Assembly: GCA_017440525.1 (NCBI GenBank)
Contig: JAFSHB010000091.1
Coordinates: 1 to 58,747 of the forward strand
Direction of reading: 5' to 3'
DNA from: Oscillospiraceae bacterium
Lineage (GTDB): Bacteria; Bacillota; Clostridia; Oscillospirales; Oscillospiraceae
Length of the DNA stretch: 58,747 nt
In this document: piece by piece, positions 1-7,381 of the stretch
Numbering within the stretch: the first letter of the stretch is position 1
Layout of the letters: the number at the start of each line of letters is the position of its first letter
Notes under the pieces: generated by a model
What the model was told of the DNA's origin: nothing
The model's database searches: none
The model's input: the letters and a program-made list of their open reading frames with translations, nothing else
Made by a program: the position numbers and the translations under genes

Positions 1-985
1 CGTCGGGACCGGCACCGTTCAGAGGATAGATGCCGGGTTCGACCTTCATGGGCTTCTGAGGATCGGTGTAGATGTTCTGACGCAGGCCGTACAGAGGCAG
101 AGCCTCGGCCATGGTCATGTTCTCCATCACGATGATGGAGCCGTACTTGACGGTGAACAGAGAAGCCAGAGCAGTCTGCAGGTGCAGGTCGCCCTTGGCG
201 ATCTTCTTCAGGTTGACGATGGAGGGATAACCGAAGGTACGGTCGCCGTCCTTCAGAGCAGTGCGGCGAACGATAACGGCATTGGCGAAAGTCTCCTTGG
301 CATCGGCACCGGTGACGTCGATGACCAGGTTCTTGTTGCCGGCCTTCTCCAGAGCGGCGACGGTGTCATACAGCTCTTCCACGGAAGCGCCCTTGACGCC
401 CAGAGCCACACCTGCAGCGGCAGCAACAGCGCTCATGGCCTCGAAGTTATCCTTGGTAGCACCGTTGAGGATGGCGTTCTTGCCAGCAGCTTCGATAGCA
501 GCCTTGGCATCATCCACATTGGTGGTGTCCACGATCACGCAGCGGCCGGTAGCAGCAGCCTTCTTAGCCAGATCGGCCAGCTTGGCGCCTTCGCCTTCGA
601 CCAGAACGAATTCCACATACTCACGCTCACCGATGCGCTCATAGTCGATCTTAGCCATATCAGCCAGCTTGGCATCCACAGCAGCATCGTCCATGCAGGT
701 GCAAACGGGAACAGCGAACAGGTTGTGAGAGACGAAGGTCTTCTCATGACGGAACAGAACGGTCTCGCCGCCCAGCTTGTGGTCGCCCACAGCGATAGTC
801 TTCATGGGAGGGGCAGTAGCCTCGCTCAGCAGGGCCTTTGCCTCATCAGACATATGGGGGCACTTATCGATGGAAACGGCACCCTGAGCGACCTTCATGC
901 AGAAAGCCATGCAAGTGGGGCTGCCGCACTCTTTACAGTTAGTTTTGGGGGACAGCTTAAAAATGTCCAAACCTTTGACTGCCAT
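1..985 (-). CDS. acsC: Corrinoid iron-sulfur protein large subunit (acetyl-CoA synthase complex gamma), C-terminal part cut by window edge
   Basis: Absent from the ORF track because it runs off the window. The reverse complement from ATG 985..983 reads MAVKGLDIFKLSPKTNCKECGSPTCMAFCMKVAQGAVSIDKCPH, the N-terminal Cys-cluster signature of AcsC/CdhE. An aaggaggg RBS lies just upstream, and the gene sits directly downstream of acsD. Confidence 0.85.
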   Translation of the reverse strand, partial: MAVKGLDIFKLSPKTNCKECGSPTCMAFCMKVAQGAVSIDKCPHMSDEAKALLSEATAPPMKTIAVGDHKLGGETVLFRHEKTFVSHNLFAVPVCTCMDDAAVDAKLADMAKIDYERIGEREYVEFVLVEGEGAKLADLAKKAAATGRCVIVDTTNVDDAKAAIEAAGKNAILNGATKDNFEAMSAVAAAAGVALGVKGASVEELYDTVAALEKAGNKNLVIDVTGADAKETFANAVIVRRTALKDGDRTFGYPSIVNLKKIAKGDLHLQTALASLFTVKYGSIIVMENMTMAEALPLYGLRQNIYTDPQKPMKVEPGIYPLNGAGPD

Positions 986-1006
986 AGTATGTATTCCCTC
1001 CTTATC

Positions 1007-1951
1007 TTAGATCAGTGCGTCGATCATCTTAGCGATGGCTTCGACAGCAGCGGGGTGGCGCATGATGACAGCGTCGGAGCCGCCGGCCAGACAAGCGGAA
1101 GCGGTAACGACTTCCATCTCGATGGCGCGCTCTTCCTGGCTGCCCCATTCGGGCATATCAGCCTCAGCGGCGGTAGCTTCCTTCACGCCCCAGGTGTCGG
1201 CAGACACGGGGGTGATGATGGGCATCTGCAGCTGAGCATCGCCCTGCTGCAGAGCAGCAGCCTTGATACGATCCAGAGTAGAAGCAACATACTCATAGCC
1301 ATAACCTGCAGCGGCGGAACCGGCGTTCATGACGATGGACTGAGCGTTGACGCCCAGCTGAGTCATAACAGTGTTCAGCTGCTTGGCCAGATTGATATCC
1401 ACAGCGGACTCAGCACCGACCTTCTGGTTGTAAGCCAGGCCTGCGGAAGCGCCGACAGCCTTGTAGTTCTCTTCGCGAGCGGAGAGGACCAGGATGTTCT
1501 TGCCGGCCAGAGCCTCAGCGATCTTGTTGAACAGTTCGGCATCCTTATCGACGTTCTTGCAGCCCACGATGACCAGAGGCAGATCGGTAGCGGCGGCAAC
1601 GGACTTTGCCAGCTCGACGCACTCTTCAACGGACTTGTTCTCGCCGTTGGGATCGGCGCCTTCCAGGCTCAGAGCGATGAAAGAAGCACCGGTCATGGTC
1701 TCGACACGCTTTGCCATATCGGCAACAGTGGCACAACCTTCATAGAAAGCCTTGAGGCCCTCAGTGGTGCACATAGCCATGCCGGCATCGGTGATCTCAG
1801 CCCCGATCTTGGGCTTGTTTTCGATGGGTGCATCGAAGGTGTAGAACGGCAGAACATTCTGGCCGCCAAGAACGATAGCCTTGTCACCGGTACCGAGGGT
1901 GACGGCATTGATCTTTGCGTTGAATGCCTGCTTCTTGGGTGCGAAAGACAT
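1007..1951 (-). CDS. acsD: Corrinoid iron-sulfur protein small subunit (acetyl-CoA synthase complex delta)
   Basis: 314-aa ORF. Collinear similarity by eye to Moorella AcsD (VLGG..LPF..F.., LSLEGADPNGENKSVEECVELAKSV, PLVIVGC). Adjacent to acsC and cooC. Confidence 0.85.
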   Translation of the reverse strand: MSFAPKKQAFNAKINAVTLGTGDKAIVLGGQNVLPFYTFDAPIENKPKIGAEITDAGMAMCTTEGLKAFYEGCATVADMAKRVETMTGASFIALSLEGADPNGENKSVEECVELAKSVAAATDLPLVIVGCKNVDKDAELFNKIAEALAGKNILVLSAREENYKAVGASAGLAYNQKVGAESAVDINLAKQLNTVMTQLGVNAQSIVMNAGSAAAGYGYEYVASTLDRIKAAALQQGDAQLQMPIITPVSADTWGVKEATAAEADMPEWGSQEERAIEMEVVTASACLAGGSDAVIMRHPAAVEAIAKMIDALI

Positions 1952-1975
1952 AGTAGTTATCCCCCTTAATAAAAA

Positions 1976-2743
1976 TTACAAAGTTAGCTTTTGCATGATC
2001 TGACGCAGTGCCACCTTGACAGGTGCAGAGTCCGGGACCTGAGAACTGGGCTTGCCGTCACAGTCATACTGATAGACCAGCTCGTCCTGAGGCAGGACAC
2101 CAAGCAGAGGCAGATCGTGCTTTTTTATCTCTTCCATGACACCTGCGTTCAATTCTCCGTCAGGTGCACGGTTGACGATCAGATAAAGGTTCTGAGGCTT
2201 CAGGTCCAAGTCGCGGATCATCTCTGCGATACGGGCCACAGCCTGGATGCCGCGGCGGGAGCAGTCGGAGATCAGCAGCATAGTGTCCACATGGGGCAGC
2301 GTGCCGCGGGAGACATGCTCCAGACCGGCTTCGTTGTCGATCACGACATAGCGGTAATTCTTTGCGTACTTGTCCACCTGAGACTTCAGTACGCCGTTGA
2401 CATAGCAGTAGCAGCCTTTGCCCTGCGTCCGTCCCATGACCAGCATATCGAACTCGTCCTCCTCCACGAGGGCTTCGGAGAACATCATCTCGGCGTAGTC
2501 CGCCTTGGTCATGTTTTTGGGAACGGTCCCCTTCAGCTCTGCCTGCGCCATATCCTCACGGATATCGCCCAGTGTGGTCTCGATCTCAACGCCCAGGACC
2601 TCATTGAGGTTGGAGTTGGCATCGGCATCCACAACAAGAACAGGACCGTTTTTCAGCTTGCACAGATAGTCGATCATCATGCCGCAGGTCGTGGTCTTGC
2701 CCACGCCGCCTTTACCGGCTACGGCAATAGTATGAGTCGCCAT
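1976..2743 (-). CDS. cooC: CO dehydrogenase/acetyl-CoA synthase nickel-insertion ATPase (CooC/AcsF family)
   Basis: P-loop AVAGKGGVGKTT, CxC motif GKGCYCY and MinD-like fold signature. Start chosen at MATHTIAV (ATG 2743) behind an aaggag RBS; the longest ORF extends to 2809. Confidence 0.85.
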   Translation of the reverse strand: MATHTIAVAGKGGVGKTTTCGMMIDYLCKLKNGPVLVVDADANSNLNEVLGVEIETTLGDIREDMAQAELKGTVPKNMTKADYAEMMFSEALVEEDEFDMLVMGRTQGKGCYCYVNGVLKSQVDKYAKNYRYVVIDNEAGLEHVSRGTLPHVDTMLLISDCSRRGIQAVARIAEMIRDLDLKPQNLYLIVNRAPDGELNAGVMEEIKKHDLPLLGVLPQDELVYQYDCDGKPSSQVPDSAPVKVALRQIMQKLTL

Positions 2744-2807
2744 AGAATCGCTCCTTCTTATCACGCACGAAAAATGGGCGCAGTTCTCCCACTTCCCATA
2801 CTGCTTC

Positions 2808-2836
2808 ATTCTAACATATCATTTCGACAATTACAA
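2808..2836 (-). promoter_or_regulatory. Candidate sigma-A promoter for cooC-acsDC (TTGTAA-17-TAGAAT on minus strand)
   Basis: Hexamers read on the reverse complement, 17-nt spacer, in the 155-nt gap upstream of cooC. Confidence 0.3.
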
Positions 2837-2898
2837 GGGCACAACGGTGACAAAAACCACGAAAAAAAGTAAGACTTTTTTTGCAAAATGGCAGTTTC

Positions 2899-3126
2899 CT
2901 ATATCTCGGTGAACAAAAACTTCTGGTAGAGCCCTGAAGCGTTGGCAAATACATTGATCTTGCCCGCACCGGGATAGTCCACAGTCAGCTCCGCAGACTC
3001 GTCCTTGAGGAAGCGCCTGACCCAAGCCACAGGATCGTCCGTCTCCACTTCGTCGAAAAACACATCACGCATCTGATTGTTGCCGCACAGATTGGTGATC
3101 TCTCTGACTACTTCGTATTCCTTCAT
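2899..3126 (-). CDS. Small hypothetical protein (75 aa), start codon overlaps the cooT stop
   Basis: ORF overlaps the cooT stop by 4 nt (3123..3126). I recognise no family. Confidence 0.55.
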   Translation of the reverse strand: MKEYEVVREITNLCGNNQMRDVFFDEVETDDPVAWVRRFLKDESAELTVDYPGAGKINVFANASGLYQKFLFTEI

Positions 3127-3311
3127 GCTTCGCGCACGATGGCCACACCGCCGACCAGATCCACGCTGACGAGCGTGCCGACGATCACAGTCTGACGCTC
3201 CATCAGATCGGTCAGGAGGATCTGCCCCTCCTGCACCTCGATGGCCTGCACATTGCTCATGACGATGTTGGCAGGCTCTTTCGTATTTTTATAAACGGTA
3301 GAAAGGCACAT
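3123..3311 (-). CDS. cooT: CooT-family nickel-binding protein
   Basis: 62 aa, starts MC (Cys2 is the Ni ligand in CooT). Size and beta-rich pattern (..VDLVGGVAIV..) match CooT. Lies in an acs/cooC context. Confidence 0.7.
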   Translation of the reverse strand: MCLSTVYKNTKEPANIVMSNVQAIEVQEGQILLTDLMERQTVIVGTLVSVDLVGGVAIVREA

Positions 3312-3322
3312 AACGGACCTCC

Positions 3323-3676
3323 TTACTGCATGGCCGCCAGAATGGTGGACAGACGCAGATTGCCCTTTTCAAAATCGCTGACCGCCAGCATGACCTGCTC
3401 ATAGGCAGTCTTGTCGCCCATGTCGCCCAGCTTCTTGGCCAGCTCTGCCAGTTCATTGGCGTGTGCCGTATTGTGGGCCACCATGTATTTCATCAGCGCC
3501 ATGAGCTCTTCCTTGGGCGTATGCTGACCACAGCCGCCGCAGGACGCACAAGCAGAGGGCTCACAGCCGTGGTGATGCTCGTGCCCGTGATCATGAGCGT
3601 GATGATGCTCGTGGGTGTGGGTCACACCGTCGTGGGTGTGGGTATGTTCATGGATACCTTCATGATCCAGATGCAT
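3323..3676 (-). CDS. Histidine-rich metal-binding protein (candidate Ni storage/delivery, CooJ-like role)
   Basis: The N-terminal ~50 aa are dominated by His (HEHTHTHDGVTHTHEHHHAHDHGHEHHHG), followed by CEPSACASCGGCG and a helical C-terminal domain. First gene of the cooT operon. Confidence 0.6.
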   Translation of the reverse strand: MHLDHEGIHEHTHTHDGVTHTHEHHHAHDHGHEHHHGCEPSACASCGGCGQHTPKEELMALMKYMVAHNTAHANELAELAKKLGDMGDKTAYEQVMLAVSDFEKGNLRLSTILAAMQ

Positions 3677-3710
3677 ATCGTATTCCTCCTATATAGATAA
3701 ATTTGTACTT

Positions 3711-3739
3711 ATTATACTCCATATCCACCGTTTTGTCAC
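3711..3739 (-). promoter_or_regulatory. Candidate promoter for the His-rich/cooT operon (GTGACA-17-TATAAT on minus strand)
   Basis: Hexamers read on the reverse complement, 35-60 nt upstream of ATG 3676. Confidence 0.35.
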
Positions 3740-3821
3740 CCCCCAACATAAGAATATCGCACCTTCTCCCCCGCCGTTTCTTCCCATCTTGAAAAATTTT
3801 TTCCATTTTCAAAAAAAGGAC

Positions 3822-3849
3822 TTGCTTTTTTCAAAGATCCTGCTATAAT
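3822..3849 (+). promoter_or_regulatory. Candidate promoter for tRNA-Ala (TTGCTT-16-TATAAT)
   Basis: Hexamers ~45 nt upstream of the tRNA 5' end. Confidence 0.4.
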
Positions 3850-3894
3850 AACTCTTGCTTCGCGGCACGAACAGAATATGCACAAACAGAATAT

Positions 3895-3970
<76 letters not shown>

Positions 3971-3973
<3 letters not shown>

Positions 3974-4010
3974 CCTTGAAACCACTATGGTTTCAAGGTT
4001 TTTGCTTTTT
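3971..4010 (+). terminator. Intrinsic terminator after tRNA-Ala
   Basis: Hairpin aaaccttgaaacc/ggtttcaaggttt followed by a T-rich run. Confidence 0.6.
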
Positions 4011-4072
4011 CTGCGGCAGTTTTGACAGCGCTTGAATTTTTCTCAAATTTGAAACATTCAAGAGGTATCAAA

Positions 4073-5005
4073 ATGGCAAAAATCAAACGAACAGCAGCGC
4101 TTGTATCCACCACCGAAGAGGTCTTTTCGGCGTTTTTATCTGCCGCCGCATCACGCGGAGTCAAAGATAAAACGCTGAACACCTACAAACAGCACTTTCG
4201 CTCCATTTCCAAAAGGCTCGACACATCCATTCCCATCAAAGATCTGAGCAAAAGTGATTTGGACGATATGATCTTCCAGATGCGAAACAGCGACCTCTCC
4301 CCTCAATCCATCAACAGCTACACGAGAACCTTGAAGGTCTTTCTCTCATGGTGCAACGAGGAAGGGTTCTCCACACTGAACATCAAGATCTTCAAAGCAG
4401 CTGAAGCGATCAAGGAAACTTATTCCGATGAAGAATTGCTGAAACTACTGAAGAAGCCTCTCGCCTCCTGTTCTTTCTGTGAACTTAGAAACTGGGCAAT
4501 CGTCAATTTCCTCATGAACAGTGGCTGCCGCGCCGGAACTGTGCGCAACATTCTCAATCAGGATGTGGACATCGCCAGAAGACAGATCGTATTCAGACAC
4601 AATAAAAATGGCAAAGTTCAGTTCATTCCCTTGTGCGAAGTTATGGTCAGCGTCCTCAAAGAATACATGAGCGTGCGCGGCGGCGAACCTTCTGATTTTC
4701 TGTTCTGCACCGAATTTGGCAAGCAGCTGACCGAAAGCGGACTCCATCAGGCAATCGAAACCTACAACAAAAGCCGCGATGTGGACAGAACATCCATCCA
4801 CGCATTTCGTCATTCCTTCGCGCGAAAGTATCTTGTTGACTGCGGCGGCGATGCATTCACCCTCCAGAAGCTAATGGGACATTCCACCTTGGCAATGACA
4901 AAGCATTACTGCAACATTTATAACTCAGATATCGCCAACGCGTTCGATCAGCGCTCTCCCCTCTCCCAAATGAGCAGACTCAGAGGATCTGCAATCAAGA
5001 AATAA
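4073..5005 (+). CDS. Tyrosine-type site-specific recombinase/integrase
   Basis: Catalytic signature visible: NSGCRAGTVRNI (Arg), HAFRHSFA (HxxR), GHSTLAMTKHY (His..Tyr). N-terminal SAM-like core-binding domain. Start taken at MAKIKR (ATG 4073). Confidence 0.88.
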   Translation: MAKIKRTAALVSTTEEVFSAFLSAAASRGVKDKTLNTYKQHFRSISKRLDTSIPIKDLSKSDLDDMIFQMRNSDLSPQSINSYTRTLKVFLSWCNEEGFSTLNIKIFKAAEAIKETYSDEELLKLLKKPLASCSFCELRNWAIVNFLMNSGCRAGTVRNILNQDVDIARRQIVFRHNKNGKVQFIPLCEVMVSVLKEYMSVRGGEPSDFLFCTEFGKQLTESGLHQAIETYNKSRDVDRTSIHAFRHSFARKYLVDCGGDAFTLQKLMGHSTLAMTKHYCNIYNSDIANAFDQRSPLSQMSRLRGSAIKK

Positions 5006-5019
5006 ACAACTGTTAAACA

Positions 5020-5059
5020 AAAAAGTAGTAAGAACCAATCAAGGTTCTTACTACTTTTT
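5020..5059. terminator. Bidirectional terminator between the convergent integrase and HEPN-motif genes
   Basis: Perfect 17-bp stem (aaaaagtagtaagaacc / ggttcttactacttttt) with A/T runs on both sides. Confidence 0.7.
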
Positions 5060-5091
5060 AACATCTTTTTATAGAACTAAATCAGCTTTGT

Positions 5092-6099
5092 TTAAGAGAA
5101 ATTCTCTAAAGTTTTGTATATGCGTCTCATCACTTCGAGATATATGGCTGGCAGCTCTTCGTTCACCTTTTTTTCATCAGCAAAAAATCTTTTTCTGTTC
5201 TTAAAAGTCACCAAGTGCCCTTCTTCATTAAAGTCCGGCATATAAATGGCACGCTCAGTTAATCTTCCATTTTCCTTTATGAAGAAAACCTTAGGATGCA
5301 TCTCCCAAATTGCATTGTGAATGAGTTCATTTCTTAAATTTTCAATAATTGAAAGCTGTCGATTGCTCTCAAATATTGTTCCCGTTTTATCCATTTTCAG
5401 TTTTTTTCGATCACCATATAGCAAGCCTTTTGACGCCAATTTTACATATTCACCCTCACAAAGTCTTATATTTTCAAGTTCGTAAGCGATCTTCGTAGTA
5501 ATATCAAATGCAGAATAAAGTTGAATAATAAGACTATGCAGCATGTTAAAAACCAATCGTCCTTCAGAGCTTATTTCATAATGTGTTTCATAAAACTCCA
5601 CCTTTTCTGGAAGCGTAGCCAATAACTTATAAAACCCAATAAAGCTATCATTTGCAGAAAGGATTAGCTCCTGCAGTGTTGAAATTAAACTTTGGCAGTC
5701 TGCCAAATATGCGCAGTGATACTTGACTCTATTTAAGCGCGGTGATAGAAAATTTAAAAAATTCTCCTCTGTGGGAACATCTTCAAAATAATGCTTAAAA
5801 TATTCTTTGGGAAGAGGACAATCGGAATTCAGACCAGCTTCGGTAATTCCAATAGGAAGCATATATGTAATGGCCTCGTACTCTTCCTCTCTATCTAAAA
5901 ATATTTTATGTTGAAACAAATCATAAAGATTAGCACATTGATTCTCTATAGAACGAATTATTTCATCGCCTTGATATGAATATCTCGCTGAGCGAAACTC
6001 ATCATTTAGATTCTCTCGAATGAAAAAACTTCCTTCTTGAGGCCTATCGTTTGAGGCCAACCCTTTGTCTGAATAAAATAATGTACCTTTCATTTTCAT
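5092..6099 (-). CDS. Hypothetical protein with C-terminal HEPN-like RNxxxH motif (candidate RNase effector)
   Basis: 335-aa AT-rich ORF. Its ATG directly abuts the WYL gene stop (tag|atg at 6100/6099). NLRNELIHN (residues ~254-262, nt 5317..5334 encode RNELIH) fits the HEPN Rx4-6H signature. I recognise no other family. Confidence 0.5.
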   Translation of the reverse strand: MKMKGTLFYSDKGLASNDRPQEGSFFIRENLNDEFRSARYSYQGDEIIRSIENQCANLYDLFQHKIFLDREEEYEAITYMLPIGITEAGLNSDCPLPKEYFKHYFEDVPTEENFLNFLSPRLNRVKYHCAYLADCQSLISTLQELILSANDSFIGFYKLLATLPEKVEFYETHYEISSEGRLVFNMLHSLIIQLYSAFDITTKIAYELENIRLCEGEYVKLASKGLLYGDRKKLKMDKTGTIFESNRQLSIIENLRNELIHNAIWEMHPKVFFIKENGRLTERAIYMPDFNEEGHLVTFKNRKRFFADEKKVNEELPAIYLEVMRRIYKTLENFS

Positions 6100-7281
6100 C
6101 TAATACATCTCTCTAATCTTATCCATGTAAGTTTTGAACTCGCCGATCACATCATCGGGATAGAGCAACTTTGCTTTCTTGCCGAAGCCCAAGAGCCAAC
6201 CGAAGAACTGGTCACTGATCTCCACCTTTGCGGTCACGCTGAAGTGGTTGTCATCCACTTTGCCGTACTGGACATCTTTGGTGCCGAAGCGGTCAACCAC
6301 TGCGTCCAGAAGCGGATTGATAAAGCGGATCTCCACAAGTTTCTGTTCGCCGCCGTACATGGAGAACACACGCTTGGTGTAGGTCTTCAGATCAATCTTC
6401 TCAAATACTTCCTCGCCGTCTCTCGCCTCGCCTGTGAAGCGGAGGTCCTTCATGCGATCCACGCGGTAGGTTCTCATGTCCTGTGCATAGTCATCAAAGG
6501 CCAGAAGATAGTAGTTGCCATCGTTGATGAGGAGCTGGTATGGGCTGACCGTGTATCTGGCTCCTTGGCGGCGTTCCACTTGCTTACTCATGTCCCCGAT
6601 GGTGTACTTGGTGTATTTGAAGCTGATTTTCTCAGGCGTGTGCGGTTCGCCGTCCAGATGATAGCTCATAGCATCATTGATGACAGCGATGTTGTTCATC
6701 ACGCCTCTGTTGTCGGTCTTGACTCGATCCGTCAGGAATGCGTTGTGCCGGATCTTGCGCGCTTGTTCTTCGCTGACAAATTCACAGACCACATCCAAAA
6801 GCTGCTTGGCCTTCCCTTCAGCAATGAACTTGGCAGCATAGACGCATTCTGCCAACAGACGCATATCATTGAGTTCAAATTTACGCTGCCGCACATAGAA
6901 GCCTTTTCTGTTCTTATCGTAGAGTACTGTCTTCAGATCGTTCAGCTCTTCCTCATCGCCTGACTCTTCCGCTTCCGCAAACATCTGATCCACTTCCTCC
7001 AGATCGATGTCCTCTTGGAGCATGAGCATGATGCGGTTGATGTCTTCGATGTCTTTATAGATGGAACGGCGTTCTGCCGGAATGCCACAGCCTTCCAAAT
7101 AGCCGATAATATCATAGGAAGATTTGGGGTTGTTCTCATCGGAGTATTTCAGCAAATACTGAAGAACCATGTAGGCTTTGAGTCGCTGCTCTTTCTGCCT
7201 GCCGTGCTTGGCAACGACCTTTCCCTCCAAGCCTTTGTCGGCTTTACGAGTCATTTTCTTGTATACAATTTCGTCAGCCAT
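6100..7281 (-). CDS. WYL-domain transcriptional regulator (HTH-WYL-WCX architecture, BrxR/CapW-like)
   Basis: N-terminal wHTH region, then YQLLINDGNYYLLAFDDYAQDMRTYRVDRM (WYL core) and a C-terminal extension. 393 aa. Confidence 0.8.
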   Translation of the reverse strand: MADEIVYKKMTRKADKGLEGKVVAKHGRQKEQRLKAYMVLQYLLKYSDENNPKSSYDIIGYLEGCGIPAERRSIYKDIEDINRIMLMLQEDIDLEEVDQMFAEAEESGDEEELNDLKTVLYDKNRKGFYVRQRKFELNDMRLLAECVYAAKFIAEGKAKQLLDVVCEFVSEEQARKIRHNAFLTDRVKTDNRGVMNNIAVINDAMSYHLDGEPHTPEKISFKYTKYTIGDMSKQVERRQGARYTVSPYQLLINDGNYYLLAFDDYAQDMRTYRVDRMKDLRFTGEARDGEEVFEKIDLKTYTKRVFSMYGGEQKLVEIRFINPLLDAVVDRFGTKDVQYGKVDDNHFSVTAKVEISDQFFGWLLGFGKKAKLLYPDDVIGEFKTYMDKIREMY

Positions 7282-7296
7282 TTGCGGCAGCTCCTT

Positions 7297-7323
7297 TTTG
7301 AAAGTGCATTTTCAAATAGTATA
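7297..7323 (-). promoter_or_regulatory. Candidate WYL-operon promoter (-10 TATACT with TG extension) plus overlapping 20-bp palindrome (putative operator)
   Basis: On the reverse complement, tgtTATACT lies at 7318..7323. The palindrome TTTGAAA-N6-TTTCAAA at 7297..7316 sits between the -10 box and the RBS. Confidence 0.4.
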
Positions 7324-7381
7324 ACACATCAAATAAGAAGCGAAAAGGAATTTTTACCACATTTTTTAGAAAACGATGTAT

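Noticed and set aside
182-1969. 595-aa plus-strand ORF, the longest ORF at the left end.
   Set aside because: It is antisense to well-supported acsC and acsD. Its translation is a low-complexity G/S/L/D/A-rich product with no motifs. Long open antisense frames are expected in GC-rich coding DNA.
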